A program made the position numbers and the translations under genes. This document shows positions 31,430 through 46,253 of a DNA stretch of 64,000 nt, piece by piece. This DNA comes from Eledone cirrhosa (taxonomy: Eukaryota): assembly GCA_964016885.1 (NCBI GenBank), contig OZ024748.1:55118001-55182000 (forward strand), in the 5' to 3' direction. How positions within the stretch are numbered: the first letter of the stretch is position 1; each line of letters opens with the position of its first letter. The notes under the pieces were generated by a model. That model ran no database searches. It saw nothing but the letters and a program-made list of their open reading frames with translations, and was not told the origin of the DNA.

Positions 31430-31980
31430 TAGATAGATAGAGAGAGAGAGAGAGACAGAGACAGACAGACATGCAGAGAGAGGGAGGGAGACAGAGAGAG
31501 AGAGAGACCAGATTGGAAGCTGTCAAACACAGGGCTTAACTTAGTCCCATCAATACGAAATAAACCGTTTATCTTCTCATGTTCTAAGAAACAAGTACCG
31601 CTCAGGTATTGGGGTTGACTTGATATACTTGTCACCCCGAACGGTTGTGGATCTTTCATCCACTGGAAATTATTATCTTAATACAGAAAACGATAAGTCT
31701 CGCCGCAAGTCTTTTTGTTGGTTTGTTCCTATATATTTGTCACTTTGGATAGAAAAGTATGTAGTGGCTGTGAAGAATCTGGGCGAAGAGGAGGGGAAAA
31801 GGAGATTAGTACAGATAAAGATATAAATGAGAGATCAAGCGAGAGAAAGAGTCAGGCAGAAACGAAAGAATTCGTGTATGAAAACGACGTGTAGAGTGAC
31901 ACTTTGGGAAATGAATAGATGAACCGTATGTAAATATAGCTACTGAGATAAAATAGAACGAATTGTGTTATATATATATA

Positions 31981-32141
31981 ACAAAGGAATTGTGGTAAGG
32001 GACCAGATGGACCATAACGCACCAGAGTACTCAATACTTAGGGTAGTAGAGTGGGAAATAGGAAAAAGTATGACCCCGACGGCAGAGCTCAAGCCGTTTC
32101 GACGGCTTGAGCTCTGCAGTCGGGGTCATACTTTTTCCTAT
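31981..32141 (-). mobile_element. PLE pLTR relic ending in a 40-bp hairpin
   Basis: Arms 32058-32097 / 32102-32141 (1 mismatch), loop TTCG; minus strand GAAA-CGGC-UUGAGCUCU-GCCG-UC-GGGG is the 3' half of a hammerhead; homologous to 56269-56460 and ~41862-42000. Confidence 0.7.
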
Positions 32142-32219
32142 ATATATATATACTGTATATATATATATACTGTATCCTATATATATATATACTGTATTCC
32201 TATATATATATATACTGTA

Positions 32220-32310
32220 TCCTCGACGGAATTTGAACTCAGAATGGCAAGGGCCGTAACTATGCGTCAAAGCATGGTGGTCGACCCTCTACCGATACTG
32301 CCAATCCTCC
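32220..32310 (-). mobile_element. SINE family A head fragment
   Basis: Reverse A and B boxes. Confidence 0.75.
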
Positions 32311-32614
32311 TTATTAATATATAATGTCCTGTCTTGTATCATTTATACAGGTCATTGAGCGCTTCTTTATATCTGCTTCACAACCGACAGACCACGGTGT
32401 GATCCGCACATCCCTGTTCTGTCAACCCCTTAATCTAATATATATATACCGAACCTGCTCATGGACTGAGTGCTCTACTACTAATGATATAACCCTTCAG
32501 TGTTCTACTATTATATATACAGAAGTTCCCGTTAAGGGTGAAAGCATCGATTCTTTGCTTAAACTTTAATCTGTTATTTTAATAAATATATATATTCTAG
32601 GGCGTGTAAAATTC

Positions 32615-33078
32615 CCGAGATCCATGGACGAGTTCTCTCCAGCAGTCTCAGTCCCTCATTATCGCTGCCATGTCCTGTGTCTCCAACAGACCAGTGTTTG
32701 TCCTTAGGGCACCAACATACGTTAACCTTGGTCTTCCTCTTCCAGTGTGTCCATGTAGGGCCTCCCACAGGAGCACTGAGTGCAATGTCAACCCTGGATG
32801 TCGGGGAGCATGTCCAGCTAACCTCAGTCTCCTCTGTGTCACTTTTGATCTGACTTTTGGGAGGCTCCCATACAGCTCTGAGCTTTTCATCCTCAGTGTA
32901 TACTGATTAATGATCAGAGTCATCCTCAGCATTCTCGTGTAGCACCCACCCACCACCTGAGTGAGTTCCTTGGTCAGTGTCCAAGTCTCAGACCCGTACA
33001 GCAGCACAGATTCCACAACAGCAACGAAGAGGTGGAATTTTCAGGTCTTTACGAAGGTCCGACTTCCACACCGATCTC
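32615..33078 (-). pseudogene. RTE/RTE-X clade LINE ORF2 3' fragment
   Basis: ESVLLYGSETWTLTK..YTRMLR..QRRLRLAGH..RH..LLWE..HG...RGRPRLTY, then in-frame stop in RD*DCWR. Confidence 0.9.
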
Positions 33079-33181
33079 ATATATATTTATACCAGACCCG
33101 TGTTCAATCTAGGGTAACCACGGTAAGTAAGGTACTCAATATATTAGTAGAGAGTAAACATCATGTTTAATGCAGAAATAA

Positions 33182-33228
33182 CTTCTACAGGACAAGAACT
33201 GTTTCATTCAAAAGAAATCTTCAGGAAA
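33182..33228 (-). ncRNA. Type I hammerhead ribozyme in a pLTR-like repeat (33095-33230)
   Basis: UUUC-CUGAAGA-U-UUC-UUUU-GAA-U-GAAA-CAG-UUCUUGUC-CUG-UA-GAAG; related truncated copies at 39391-39497, 39527-39585, 39849-39957 and 63930-64000. Confidence 0.65.
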
Positions 33229-33949
33229 GCAGTAATTACGTTGATAAAGACGAAGTCTGGATAATATTCACATGATCTGCATTTTTACTTTTCTAACATT
33301 ACCCACAGAATCTTTATAAACATTTTCCACGTCATCATCATTACATACAAGAGGATAACAATGGTTATGACGATGATGACTATGATGATAATGATGGTTA
33401 TGATGATGATGATGGTTATGATGATGATAATGATAATGATAATTATGATGATAATGATGGTTATGACGAAGATGATGGCCACAATTATCATCATCATCAT
33501 TTATATTCGCTGTCATCACTTTTAATTTTTTTTTTTAATTTTCGTTCTCTCATAAATCCATTTCGTTTCAACCCCGTTCATCTCCACCCCCCTCTCTCTC
33601 TGTCTCTCTCAGCCAATACCAGTCTTTCGGTCTCATGTATATATATACATTCACTCTCTACTTCTGTTCCCCCATTAACCCCCCCCCCTCACTCTGCTCC
33701 CATCACTCCATTCTTCAACCAGGCAGCCAGCGCTTCCTCAGCCATTTCCACTTTAAACTACACCACACCACACCTCTCCTCTCTTCCACTTGACCCTGTT
33801 TCAGTCTATTCTTTCCCTGTTGCTCACTTTGTTCTAGTCACAAAACGCTAATTTGGTTCAATGATGTTTGCAAAGGTCAATCCTATGACACGTCCAAGCC
33901 GCACATAATGGATTCCCTTAAACTGGTGCAGACGTACGAACAAACAGTA

Positions 33950-34009
<60 letters not shown>

Positions 34010-34094
34010 AGTAGTAGTTGTGGTAGTAGTGGTTGTAGTAGTAGTCGTAGTGGTGCTGGTAGCAGTAGGGGTGGTGGTAGTAGTTATAGTAGTA

Positions 34095-34134
<40 letters not shown>

Positions 34135-34509
34135 TGTAGTAACATTATAGTATCATCAGCAGCATTATGGTAGTAGCAACATAGGTGATATTAGTATTAG
34201 TAACAGCCGTAGTATTAGTAGTGGAAGTATTAGTAGTAGCAGTATCACAGTGGGAGTATTAGTAGTAGTGTCACCATCAGTAGTAGTTATAGCAGCAGCA
34301 GTGGTAGTATTAATAATAGTAGCAGCTGTCGCAGTAGTATCAATAGTAGTAGTAGCATCAATAGTAGTAATAGTAGTAGTTTTAGCAACAACAACAACAA
34401 TAATAACTAGAACCACACTAGTAAAAACAATACTTTCTGTATTGTCAACAGGGTCCTCACACTACATTTCCTCTAAAATGATTTCAAACAAAGATATGAT
34501 GGTGCATAT

Positions 34510-34701
34510 ATAATTGTTTCTACTTTTGGCACAAGGCCAGCAATTGCCCAGTGTATTACTGGTACTTTATTCTATCGACCCCGTAAGGATGAAAGGCAAA
34601 GTTAACCTCGGCGGGATTTGAACTCAGAATGGCAAGGGCCGTAACTCTATGCGCCAAAGCATGGCGTCTGACCCTCTACCGATACTGCCAATTCACCGCC
34701 C
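34510..34701 (-). mobile_element. SINE family A, full length
   Basis: Reverse head, B box, core and tail; head-to-head with the next SINE. Confidence 0.88.
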
Positions 34702-34725
34702 GCCATGGTGCGTATATAATAAACG

Positions 34726-35305
34726 AGGCGACGAAGTGGTAGAGTCGCTAGAATGTCGGATAGAATGGTTTGCAGTATTCGTTCCGGCTCTCTGAGTTCA
34801 GATCCCGCCGAGGTCAACTTTGCTTCGAGGTCGATACAAATGTACTATTCTAGTTCTGAGGTCGATACAAATGTATTAGTCTAGTCCTGATGTCGATACA
34901 AATGTACTAGTCTAGTCCTGAGGTCGATACAAATGTACTAGTCTAGTCCTGAGGTCGATACAAATGTACTAGTCTAGTTCTGAGCTCGATACAAATGTAT
35001 TAGTCTAGTCCTGAGGTCGATACAAATGTATTAGTCTAGTCCTGAGGTCGGTACAAATGTATTAGTCTAGTCCTGAGGTCGGTACAAATGTACTAGTCTA
35101 GTCCTGAGGTCGATACAAATGTGCTAGTCTAGGCCTGAGTCGATTCTTCCTCTATATCTCTTTCTCATTAACAATCTCTCACTTTCTATCCCTCTTTAGA
35201 GGAAATCTGTTGTATTCAGACCCGGAACGGAATGGGCTCTGCCAGGCTTAAAAATGGCCTAGAGACGCCGTATGTCAATAGAGTGCCCCAAAACTCCCTC
35301 AAGAG
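34726..35305 (+). mobile_element. SINE subfamily B containing a minisatellite
   Basis: B box GAGTTCAGATCC; tail homologous to 13360-13520. Confidence 0.75.
34827..35136. repeat. 31-bp minisatellite, 10 copies
   Basis: Unit GAGGTCGATACAAATGTACTAGTCTAGTCCT. Confidence 0.95.
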
Positions 35306-35883
35306 ATACGGAATTATGCATGCATATAATAAACGGGGAGAAGGTGAACGGGGAAATAATGTAGAACAACATAAAGAGAATAGATTAAACTTATATACTA
35401 GAAAACAAGGAAGGACACATCACAAACGGCGTGAGCTACACTATATGTATATCAGAGTGATTCAAGTTCTTAACCCACTTACATTCCAAAATGTTGCCCA
35501 CTCATTGCAGCCCTGAGGCCAAATTCAAGAACTGACATTCTCACACTTACCAGGTTCTACATTTGCACTCAAATTCCCAAACAATATCCCAATATTCCAT
35601 TACTTCAATCTCAACTTTCATCTTAAGATCAACTAGGATATTTAACGAACTTGCTGAAGGCGATATAAGTCTGTTATCATCTGGTTGAAACATGTTCATC
35701 ATACAACTTCATTATGGCATAGCCACTAGACACAGGAATACTAAAAACCCTTCCTTTCTAAAGCTAATGTGGTTGTGAGATGATATCGCAGGACTAGATT
35801 GCCCGCTGGATCCCTGCTAAATACAATAACGACCGTTATAATTACATCTAGAGGTCGGAGACATTCCCTCAGAAGCCTTTCCC

Positions 35884-35927
<44 letters not shown>

Positions 35928-36056
35928 AAAGTTATATTTAAAATTGTTGGGTTACAACTAGTAAATATTTATAACTGATATAAAAGCACTCGACAAATAT
36001 TTGGAGTATATTTACAATATTAAATAAATGGAAACTATATTTATAAAACCATATTT

Positions 36057-36120
36057 ATTTCATTATATATATTTCAGGGATATCATATTAACAATATGCT
36101 ATGCCTTCCTCAGACAAAAT
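36057..36120 (-). ncRNA. Type I hammerhead ribozyme (left arm)
   Basis: Reverse complement of 37522-37585. Confidence 0.75.
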
Positions 36121-37521
36121 ACAATATAAACAGTTTTATAGATAATAGGTTCGACATACCGTAACAACATCGACTTGCATTTGAAGAGGTTGATTTGGCA
36201 GTGAAAAAATTGTACACAGAGAGAAAGAAAGAGAGAAAAAAGAAAGAAAGACAGAAAACGTTTATTTTTATTTAAACATTCCTCATGAAAAATTAAGCTA
36301 CCCTAAAAGCTGATGCTCCAAATATTTCGAATAAACGTTACACTAGATAAACTTCTATATTAAATATAAGAACACATGTAGACCAAATTGGGCATCCTAA
36401 ACTTTTTGAAATGATCTTTGCTAGATGTGATTTGATAGATAATTTTTTGGATTTATCTGTTTTTCGACTCTGATGCTTATAATGAACTTGGCAATATATT
36501 GTCAATTAATTTTGAAGGGTTGATCTTTGTGGTTTATTTTTATTTTTTATTATTGTAGTATTTTCTAATATTTTTATTTTTAATATTTTTAATATGTAAA
36601 TTTTTTAATATGTAATATTTTTATTTTTAATATGTAATATTCTTTCGTAATATTTTTTTAGTTTTCTATTTTATTATTACTTATTATTATTATTGTTATT
36701 TTTTAGTTTTGTTTCTGATATATATTTTTTATTAGTATATTGAAATCTGCTCTCTATTTCTGCTTGATAGATAATCTTGTAGAGTAAAGACAGGAATAAT
36801 AATACACATATATGTATACTCATATTTTTATACCACATTGAGAATGTTTTCCGTGAACTTAGGGTTTGCAGAGTTGATCACATAGCTATCACATAAACAT
36901 ATGAATTTTTTTTTAAAAAACTAAACATAAGATCATTAATTTTCACACACTATGGATACTTGTCTCATTCAGGAATACTGATATTTACAATATAGTGGAT
37001 GTTTTATAAATACTAATACCTCTACGTTAAAACATAGGGTTTTTACGCCTCGCATATATCTGGTTATTTTTAAATTTTTTTTTTCTCTCGCTATATTTTT
37101 TCTCTCTCTATATTTTTTTTTCTCTCTATATATATCTCCCTTACATTAATACTAGAGCTAAATAAATAAATAAATAAATAAATGTATCATTGATACATTT
37201 ACTCAACAGACCTCCCACTACCTAATTTTCTATATATATATATGTATCTATCTCTATTTCTCCTCTCTCTCTCTATATATATATATATCTTTCTGTTTCT
37301 TTACATGAAATGCTTCTCTTTATCTATCTTTCCATCTCTCTATTTTGTTCAATGCATTTCTTCTTTTTCTTCCTTTTCTTCGTTTTCTGTCTTTCTTTCT
37401 TTTTTCTCTCTTTCTTTCTCTCTGTGTACAATTTTTTCACTGCCAAATCAACCTCTTCAAATGCAAGTCGATGTTGTTACGGTATGTCGAACCTATTTAT
37501 CTATAAAACTGTTTATATTGT

Positions 37522-37585
37522 ATTTTGTCTGAGGAAGGCATAGCATATTGTTAATATGATATCCCTGAAATATATATAATGAAAT
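37522..37585 (+). ncRNA. Type I hammerhead ribozyme (right arm)
   Basis: AUUUUGU-CUGAGGA-AGG-C-AUA-G-CAUAUU-GUU-AAUAUG-A-UAU-C-CCU-GAAA-UAUAUA-UA-AUGAAAU. Confidence 0.75.
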
Positions 37586-37729
37586 AAATATGGTTTTATA
37601 AATATAGTTTCCATTTATTTAATATTGTATATATATATATATTTATATATATAATATGCATATATATGTCCCAAGCCCTGATACCATCAACACTATACAC
37701 ACAGAGCTGGCATATCTAAGAACTGACTA

Positions 37730-37785
37730 ACTGCCTGATGAGGTCATAGCCATTCAATGGCTATCATTGAAATATATATAGCAGT
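37730..37785 (+). ncRNA. Type I hammerhead ribozyme
   Basis: ACUGC-CUGAUGA-GGU-C-AUAGCCAU-UCA-AUGGCUAU-C-AUU-GAAA-UAUAUA-UA-GCAGU, followed by AATAAA. Confidence 0.8.
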
Positions 37786-37845
37786 AAATAAAGGATTATG
37801 AGTTCATGCAATTGACTTATGTTTCGTCACTATATATATATATAC

Positions 37846-37891
<46 letters not shown>

Positions 37892-37968
37892 GCATATATA
37901 TATATATTTAGTAATAATAATAAATATGAAGACTAAAATCCAAATAGGGCTCGATAAGGATAAATATA

Positions 37969-38015
37969 TTTCAGAAGATCCCGTTAAGGGTGAAAGCACC
38001 GATTCTTTGCTTAAA
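37969..38015 (+). ncRNA. Hammerhead-like motif, CAGAAGA (U4A) family
   Basis: UUU-CAGAAGA-U-CCC-GUUAA-GGG-U-GAAA-GCA-loop-UGC-UU-AAA; preceded by the family's inverted tail 37912-37962. Confidence 0.55.
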
Positions 38016-38033
38016 CTTTAATCTGTTATTTTA

Positions 38034-38078
<45 letters not shown>

Positions 38079-38238
38079 AAAAAGAAATACACAGATACAT
38101 GCAAACACATACATATACATGCATATACACACATATATCCCTGAATTTGTGTGGTGCCAACCTTAACCGTTGTTGCTCTATCATTAATAGGGACAAAATA
38201 ATCTGAATAATTTAGATTGACTCATTATTAGAGCTATA

Positions 38239-38954
<716 letters not shown>

Positions 38955-39074
38955 TATATATATATATATGCATATATATATATATATATATGCATATATA
39001 TATATATATATATGCATATATATATATATATATGCATATATATATATATATATATGCATATATATATATATATA

Positions 39075-39110
<36 letters not shown>

Positions 39111-39338
39111 TATATATATATATATATGCATATATATATATATATATGCATGCATATATATATATGCATATATATATATATATATATATATATGCATATA
39201 TATATATATATATTTATGCATATATATATATATATTTATTTATATGCATATATATATATATTTATTTATATGCATATATATATATATTTATTTATATATA
39301 TATTTATTTATATGCATATATATATATATTTATTTATA

Positions 39339-39386
<48 letters not shown>

Positions 39387-39733
39387 ATTTGGAACAGTAC
39401 TAGTCCTGTAGAAGCTCCTTCTATGAAATAAAAAATATTTACTCTGCCATGTATTGAGTACCTTACTTACTGTGGTTATCCCCGACTCAACCCGGGACCT
39501 ACGTATATATATATATATATTTATATATAGTTTTAATATAGATGAGATTCTACAGGACTAGAACTGTTTCATTCATTTGAAATCATAATATATATATAAA
39601 TAAATATATATATATATATATAAATAAATATATATATAAATAAATATATATATATATCTACAAATAAATGTATATATATATATATAAATAAATGTATATA
39701 TATATATAAATAAATATATATATATATATATAA

Positions 39734-39772
<39 letters not shown>

Positions 39773-40352
39773 TATATATAAATAAATATATATATATATA
39801 AATAAATATATATATATAAATAAATATATATATATAAATATACGTTATTCCGGGTTGAATCGGAGGTAACTACAGTAAGTAAGGTACTCAATACATAGCA
39901 GAGTATAACAGTTTTAATATAGATGAGATTCTACAGGACTAGAACTGTTTCATTCATTATATATATATATATATTTATATATATATTTATTTATATATAT
40001 ATATTTATTTATATATATTTATTTATATATATATATATATATTTATTTATATATATATTTATATATATATATTTATTTACATATATATTTATATATATAT
40101 ATTTATTTATATATATATATTTATATATATATTTATATATATATATTTATTTATATATATATATTTATATATATATTTATATATATATTTATTTATATAT
40201 ATATATTTATATATATATATATATATGCAAAAATTTAAATTGTTGGCATACAACAAGCAAATATTTTTATAACTGATATAAAGCACTCGACAAGTATTTG
40301 GAGTAGATATATTATATTAACAAATGGAAACTATATTTATAAAAGCATATTT

Positions 40353-40415
40353 ATTTCATTATACATATTTCAAGGATACCAAGTTAAATTATGGTATGCC
40401 TTCATCAGACAAAAT
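40353..40415 (-). ncRNA. Type I hammerhead ribozyme (same family as 37522)
   Basis: AUUUUGU-CUGAUGA-AGG-C-AUACCA-loop-UGGUAU-CCU-U-GAAA-UAUGUA-UA-AUGAAAU, within repeat ~40230-40445. Confidence 0.7.
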
Positions 40416-41153
40416 ACAATATATACCAGTTTTATAAATAAACATTGACGTACCCTTTTAAAATGCGACCATTACTTTTGGACGACATCAGGATAGTGGG
40501 GTTTTTTTCTCTTTTTTTCTCCTTTTTTTCTTCTTTTTTTTCTTTTTTTTCTTCTTTTTTTTCTTTATTTTTTTCTTCTTTTTTTGCTTTTTTTTCTTCT
40601 TTTTTTGCTTTTTTTTCTTTTTTTTCTTCTTTTTTCTTTATTTATCTCTCCCTTTCTTTTCTCCACATTTCTCTCTATCTCTCCGTCTTTTTACTTATCC
40701 TTAACACAACAACTTACTAAAATAAACAATATACACAAACAACATAGTGACAATTCCATTCACTCACACACAAATATCAACACATACACGTACTTAATCT
40801 CATACTCATATACATACGCATGCATACTTGCACATAAAAACAAATGTGTTCATACTATAGATTTGCACGAACTGAAATTCAATAAGCATATGCATAAATG
40901 ACGAAATTGTTTTCTTGATGAATCGATGTAATAAAAAAAGATTAAAATATATGTCTCACTTTCTCTTTATATATGAATATATATATATATAAGTATGTAA
41001 AAAAAAATTTAGCTATGCAGATGACAGCTGCACATGGCAGTCTTCCTTGCATTCAAATTGTTATTCCTTAAAGAAAGGCAAAATAATCCAGCAATTATTT
41101 TTATATTTGAATGTAAAATAAAGTGTAAAGAAAGTTAGACATGTAATGAAAGG

Positions 41154-41224
<71 letters not shown>

Positions 41225-41265
41225 TATAAGACTCACGATAAAAAATTATGAAGAAAGTTTATATA

Positions 41266-41614
41266 ATAGTAATGGTTTCTGATTTAGGCACAGCCAGCAA
41301 ATTCAAGAAAAAAGGGAAGAGTAGATTAAATCGACCCCTGTGCGTTACTGGTACTTCCTTTTATCAACCTAGTAAGGATGAAAATCAAAGCTAACTTAGC
41401 GGAATTTGAACTCAGAACGTAATAGGCCATCCCTCTAAGCTGTAAACATGGTTTTTGATTCTCTACCGATACTTCCAATACAATACCCTGCTGCCAATAA
41501 TAATTGTTTCTACTTTTGGCACAAGGCCAGCAATTACATAGTGTATTACTGGTACTCTATTTTATCGGCCCCGTAAGGATGAAAGGCAAAGTTAACCTTG
41601 GCGGGATTTGAACT
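41266..41614 (-). mobile_element. Two family A SINEs (41266-41480 diverged; 41498-41614 truncated)
   Basis: Reverse core GTAAGGATGAAA.GCAAAG.TAAC and tail. Confidence 0.8.
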
Positions 41615-44600
41615 GCCTATAATAATAATAATAAATAATAATAATAATACGTCATGATAATAATAACGGTGGCCGATGGCAACTTCTTTTTCCGTTTTTA
41701 AGGGAATTCATCCTATTCTATAATATCTCCGAGCACCAGCATACCATTCCTTATAGTAATTTATATAATTTGAGTAGACCAGAATCACTACAAATTTTAG
41801 AGATGTAGTAACATTGACAAAAAATGTATGGGTGTGTGTGTGTGTATATATATATATATATGAAAAGAACAGTTTGGATCTAGCTGTGGAAATGGCCGGA
41901 GCTCAGCCGTCGGGCACCTGAATCTTTTCATATTACCAACTCTACTAGCCAAAGTATCGAGTACTCTTGTAGGTTAAGGTTCACCTGGTACTTTACCCCT
42001 CCCCTTTCTGAGATTAATATATATATATATTTGTGTGTGTATGTATGTATATATATAATCTAGCCGTAATTTATTTTAACTAACACATGACATACAATCA
42101 GAAACAATGCTAGGAGCCAAATATTGAACCAACATGTGGTCAATCGATCTGCCAGAATTAGTTATTACATATCATTCAAATCTATCTTTGAACTCCCCAC
42201 CACAAAACACGTAGAAATTGTTCTTTTAAGATATTTTCTATTTGTAAGAATAGATAATGTCTAGAATCTACCAAAGTGGGAATTAAGATATTTTCATTCA
42301 TCTGTTACAAATATATAATTTGGCTCATTTGATGCCAGAGGGGAGGGTGTAGAGTTTCTTCAGAATTACCCACTTTCACCCACCAGTACATGACAAAGAT
42401 TATATAAACTAAGGTATGGGAGTAATTACAGAAGTGTGAAGGGGTATTATGTTTGTGCAGGCCATACAAGAGAATGGGTTTAGGGGTATGAAAAGTTAAA
42501 TCGGAACGATTATATCGCATTGATTGCTGGTACTGTCAGTAAGTTGGGGAAAGGAATAAATCGGCTAGGTCCGTGTGGTCACGCTTCTAAGCACGAACAA
42601 AACAGCTTTACAGGAAATCTGTACTCTTTACAAATAGTATCATAATACAAAAATATCGGGTCTATATATGTTTTCGAAAACTATTGTTAAATGTAAAAAA
42701 AAATCTAATAATAAAAATAATATACATGTACACATATACATTATATATATATACACACACACATATATGCATATATATGTATATATATATACACACACAC
42801 ACAAATATATTTGCCCACACGCACATCCACATCATATACACACACTCATATATATATATATTCGCGATGTCAAAATTTGAAAAAAAGTAAACTACAAAAT
42901 AGGTTTTCTTTAGATAGCGTTAATAAGTTTTAGAAATATATTTCAGTGAAATGGGAAGTTTGGCAGACTGTTTTAAACCGTATAATGCATACTTATTACT
43001 AAAGCAGAGGGCAACAAGGTGCAAATTGCACAATAGTAAATAAGAATGAAAAGAAAAAAAATCCTGCTAGACGCATTAAACAATCCCGAGTATGAATATA
43101 TAAAGAGTATATTTTTGCAACAATAATTTCTAACTTAGGTGCAAAGCCATGAACCTATTGGTGGAGAAGAAATGAGTTTGTGCTTTTCTCAAGATCATTA
43201 GTGGTGTGTGGGAAGGGACGTTTTTAAACTAACAACCAAAACATGCTCACAAACCCGGAACAATGAGGCTTATATTTATTATGTTTGGTAGGTATTGGCT
43301 TGGAATTCATCTCATCTTTTGCTTTAATGTTTCCTATATCAAATATATCATATTAAAAGATATCATATTAAAAGATATCATATTAAAAGATATCATTTTA
43401 TAAGATATCATTTTAAAAACGATAGAGTTAAGGGCCGAAACATTTGAAGATATTCTGCTGTCTAACTCTCATAGTTTCTTATCACTGAGATAAGTATCTA
43501 TTTTTAGCATCATAAACGACCACATCGCCTCTCTCAGGTACAATACAGAAGAAAATAAACCGGGAAGCTCTTGTTGTTCATTAGTATCAGCCCAATCCTG
43601 ATCAAGTAAATTCTTGATATAAAATATTCAAAGTGACGGGCAAACAAACCTAAATACTCAAACTAAACCTCTACATCAATTACATAACATCTTACAAGGA
43701 AGTTAAATAGGTTGTTTTTTCCACCTGGAGGCATAAAGAGAAAATGGGGAGAATTATGAGATCATACAAAAACACTTTTCAATTTCGGTTTGTTTCTATA
43801 GAAACCAACTAGAGTAAAGCATAAAAACAACAACAAATTGATTACCCACGAAATCTAAAAGCCAAATTACGTTTCAATTATGATACCGTCCAATATTAGA
43901 TAAAATAGTCTTTAATACACTATGCCTGTGAAGCTGAAATGGCGAAAATGTTTATGCTGGGAGATGTTCGTCTTTAGGCCTGTTTAAACCATATACAAAA
44001 ACATTTATCAATTTGTGATTGTATTTCCCTTGAAATACATTATTTCAATTAATTAAGAGCCTTGAAGTGTTAGCTGAATTAATTATTTTATTACTAAAAT
44101 AATAATTCAGATTATGGTTTTTATTCAAATAGGATCCCTTTAAAGGGGATGGTTTTGTTTCATAGAAGTTCAGGTTTCGGCTGGGTTGGTATAAAAAAAG
44201 GGGCTGTCTTTAAAATCCAATACTTTCTCAAATAATCATTCAGTCGATCAGCTCAAGGCAGGATCTATTGCAGATCGAACCTGACTCCGCATTCGCAAGG
44301 TCCTCAGATATGTTTAGCGTTTTCAAAGCATTTCATCCGTAATATGTTAATAAATATATCAGATGAAAGAATGGTATTTAACTAATGTATTGGTACGCGA
44401 TGGGGCCCACCCACAGCCCCGGCGGACAGAATGGAGACGCGCTGGAAAAGCCATTCAGTTATTATCGCAAAATTAAGTTTGTTTTTCTTCTTGTACATAC
44501 CGTAAAAATAAGGTATGTGAACTCAATTGCAATGGTCATATTGAACTAATTGAAATATATATTATATGAGAATGCTAAACGCAACCTTTCTTTATCGATT

Positions 44601-44971
44601 TTCATGTGGTTCTTTATGGTTCGTCAAAAACAGCTTCAATACTTCTAATACAATTAATGAAACCTGAAACAAGTCGTATTTCCCATGCGATATATTAGCA
44701 ATTATATAAGGCCATTCAAGTATCAAGATATCTTGTCGATTTTCCTGACACACACTTAAACCACACACACAGACTACATACACAAACACACATGTATGTA
44801 TATAAATGCATGCCTGTAATTTCATATCTACTATAGTAAGGTAACTAAGTATGTATATATGTAATAAAATAACAGCAATAATATATAAATTAGTGTCGTA
44901 TAACCTGGCGAAATAATACAAAAGAACCTTTGATTTTTCCTAACATTTCCAATCATGTGAACACATTCATC

Positions 44972-45027
<56 letters not shown>

Positions 45028-45048
45028 ATATGTATGTATATGTATGTG

Positions 45049-45088
<40 letters not shown>

Positions 45089-45945
45089 CAAATAGTGGAG
45101 GAGTGAGATAGAAGGGGAAAAATGATGTATTGTGTGCAAATGTAGATGTGTTTGGAAGAAGAAAAAAACCACTGAAGCGAATTTAGTTTCAACGAAGTGA
45201 GAGCTAAAAGTTTGAAAGGAACTTGTTTCACTAACAGACTTAATTAACATCACAAACAAACGAAAGGAATCAATTTCATTGGTGAAAAGATTTTGACGAT
45301 AGGCGAGTTATCGGCTTATTATTTTTACTTTGGTATTTAGTTATATTTTTGTCTTGATTCACCGCCGGTGCTTATTAAATTTATGATACATTTAGTTTTA
45401 TATTCCACCCCCAAACATTTCGTTCACTTCATTGCCTCGAATCTTTTGTTTCTAAATTCCTATAGACATCCACCTGGAAGGAACATAGGCTGAAAATATT
45501 AATTCGTTCATTTTACACGATCCAATGCTTTCTTTGCTCTCTAGATTAAACATTACAAAATATCCCCCTTCTACGATGAATACTCTTCATTTATAGACAA
45601 CTACTAATTCCACTGAGAAAAGCATGAATATCAAATCTTCTCAATTCTTCTCCCTTAGCCTGAATGGATAAGTTATTGGTTTTTTTTGTCTCAAGTGATA
45701 TGACATCATCTGTCATTATAAATATTCTGTTTAGTCCTAAAGGCAGAAATCTAGTGTTGTTGGTCTTTGTTTAGGAAAAAAGAACGTCATGTTTTTATTT
45801 TTATTTTTGTATGGCAGATGTATTAGTCCATTAAATCGATCCCAATATATTAAGGGTACTTATTTCCTGAATATCCAGAGGGATGAAAGGAAAATTCACT
45901 TTTCATCGAGACATTTGAACCTAGAACACACAAATACGCATACAT

Positions 45946-45976
<31 letters not shown>

Positions 45977-46253
45977 CACATACATACACATTTACATACA
46001 TACACACACAGATATATATACATACATACATATATATGCATGCGAAAAGTAAACCATAGAGTGCAAGGAAGAAATGTGTTAGTTTAACGCTTGATATAGT
46101 TGAAAAAGAGTCGTGTGTGTGTGTGTGTGTGTGTATACAGAGAGAGAGGGAGATAAAGAGAGAGAGAGAGAGAGAATGAGAGAGAGAAAGAGAGAGAGAG
46201 ATAGAGATAGAGATAGAGAGAGAGAGAGAGAGAAAAATATATATATATACAGA

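Larger units (their letters stand above)
35926..37629. mobile_element. PLE-like fold-back element with ~248-bp near-perfect inverted arms
   Basis: 36013-36260 is the reverse complement of 37381-37629; each arm holds a complete hammerhead followed by AATAAA; (TA)n flanks. Confidence 0.8.

Noticed and set aside
34827-35136. CRISPR-sized 31-bp repeats
   Set aside because: Head-to-tail with no spacers; derived from the SINE core
36261-37380. PLE coding remnants inside the fold-back (HPKLF..NFLDLSV on +; IIYQAE..KKYISET on -)
   Set aside because: Short look-alikes on opposite strands amid stops and AT-rich sequence; unsupported without an HMM search
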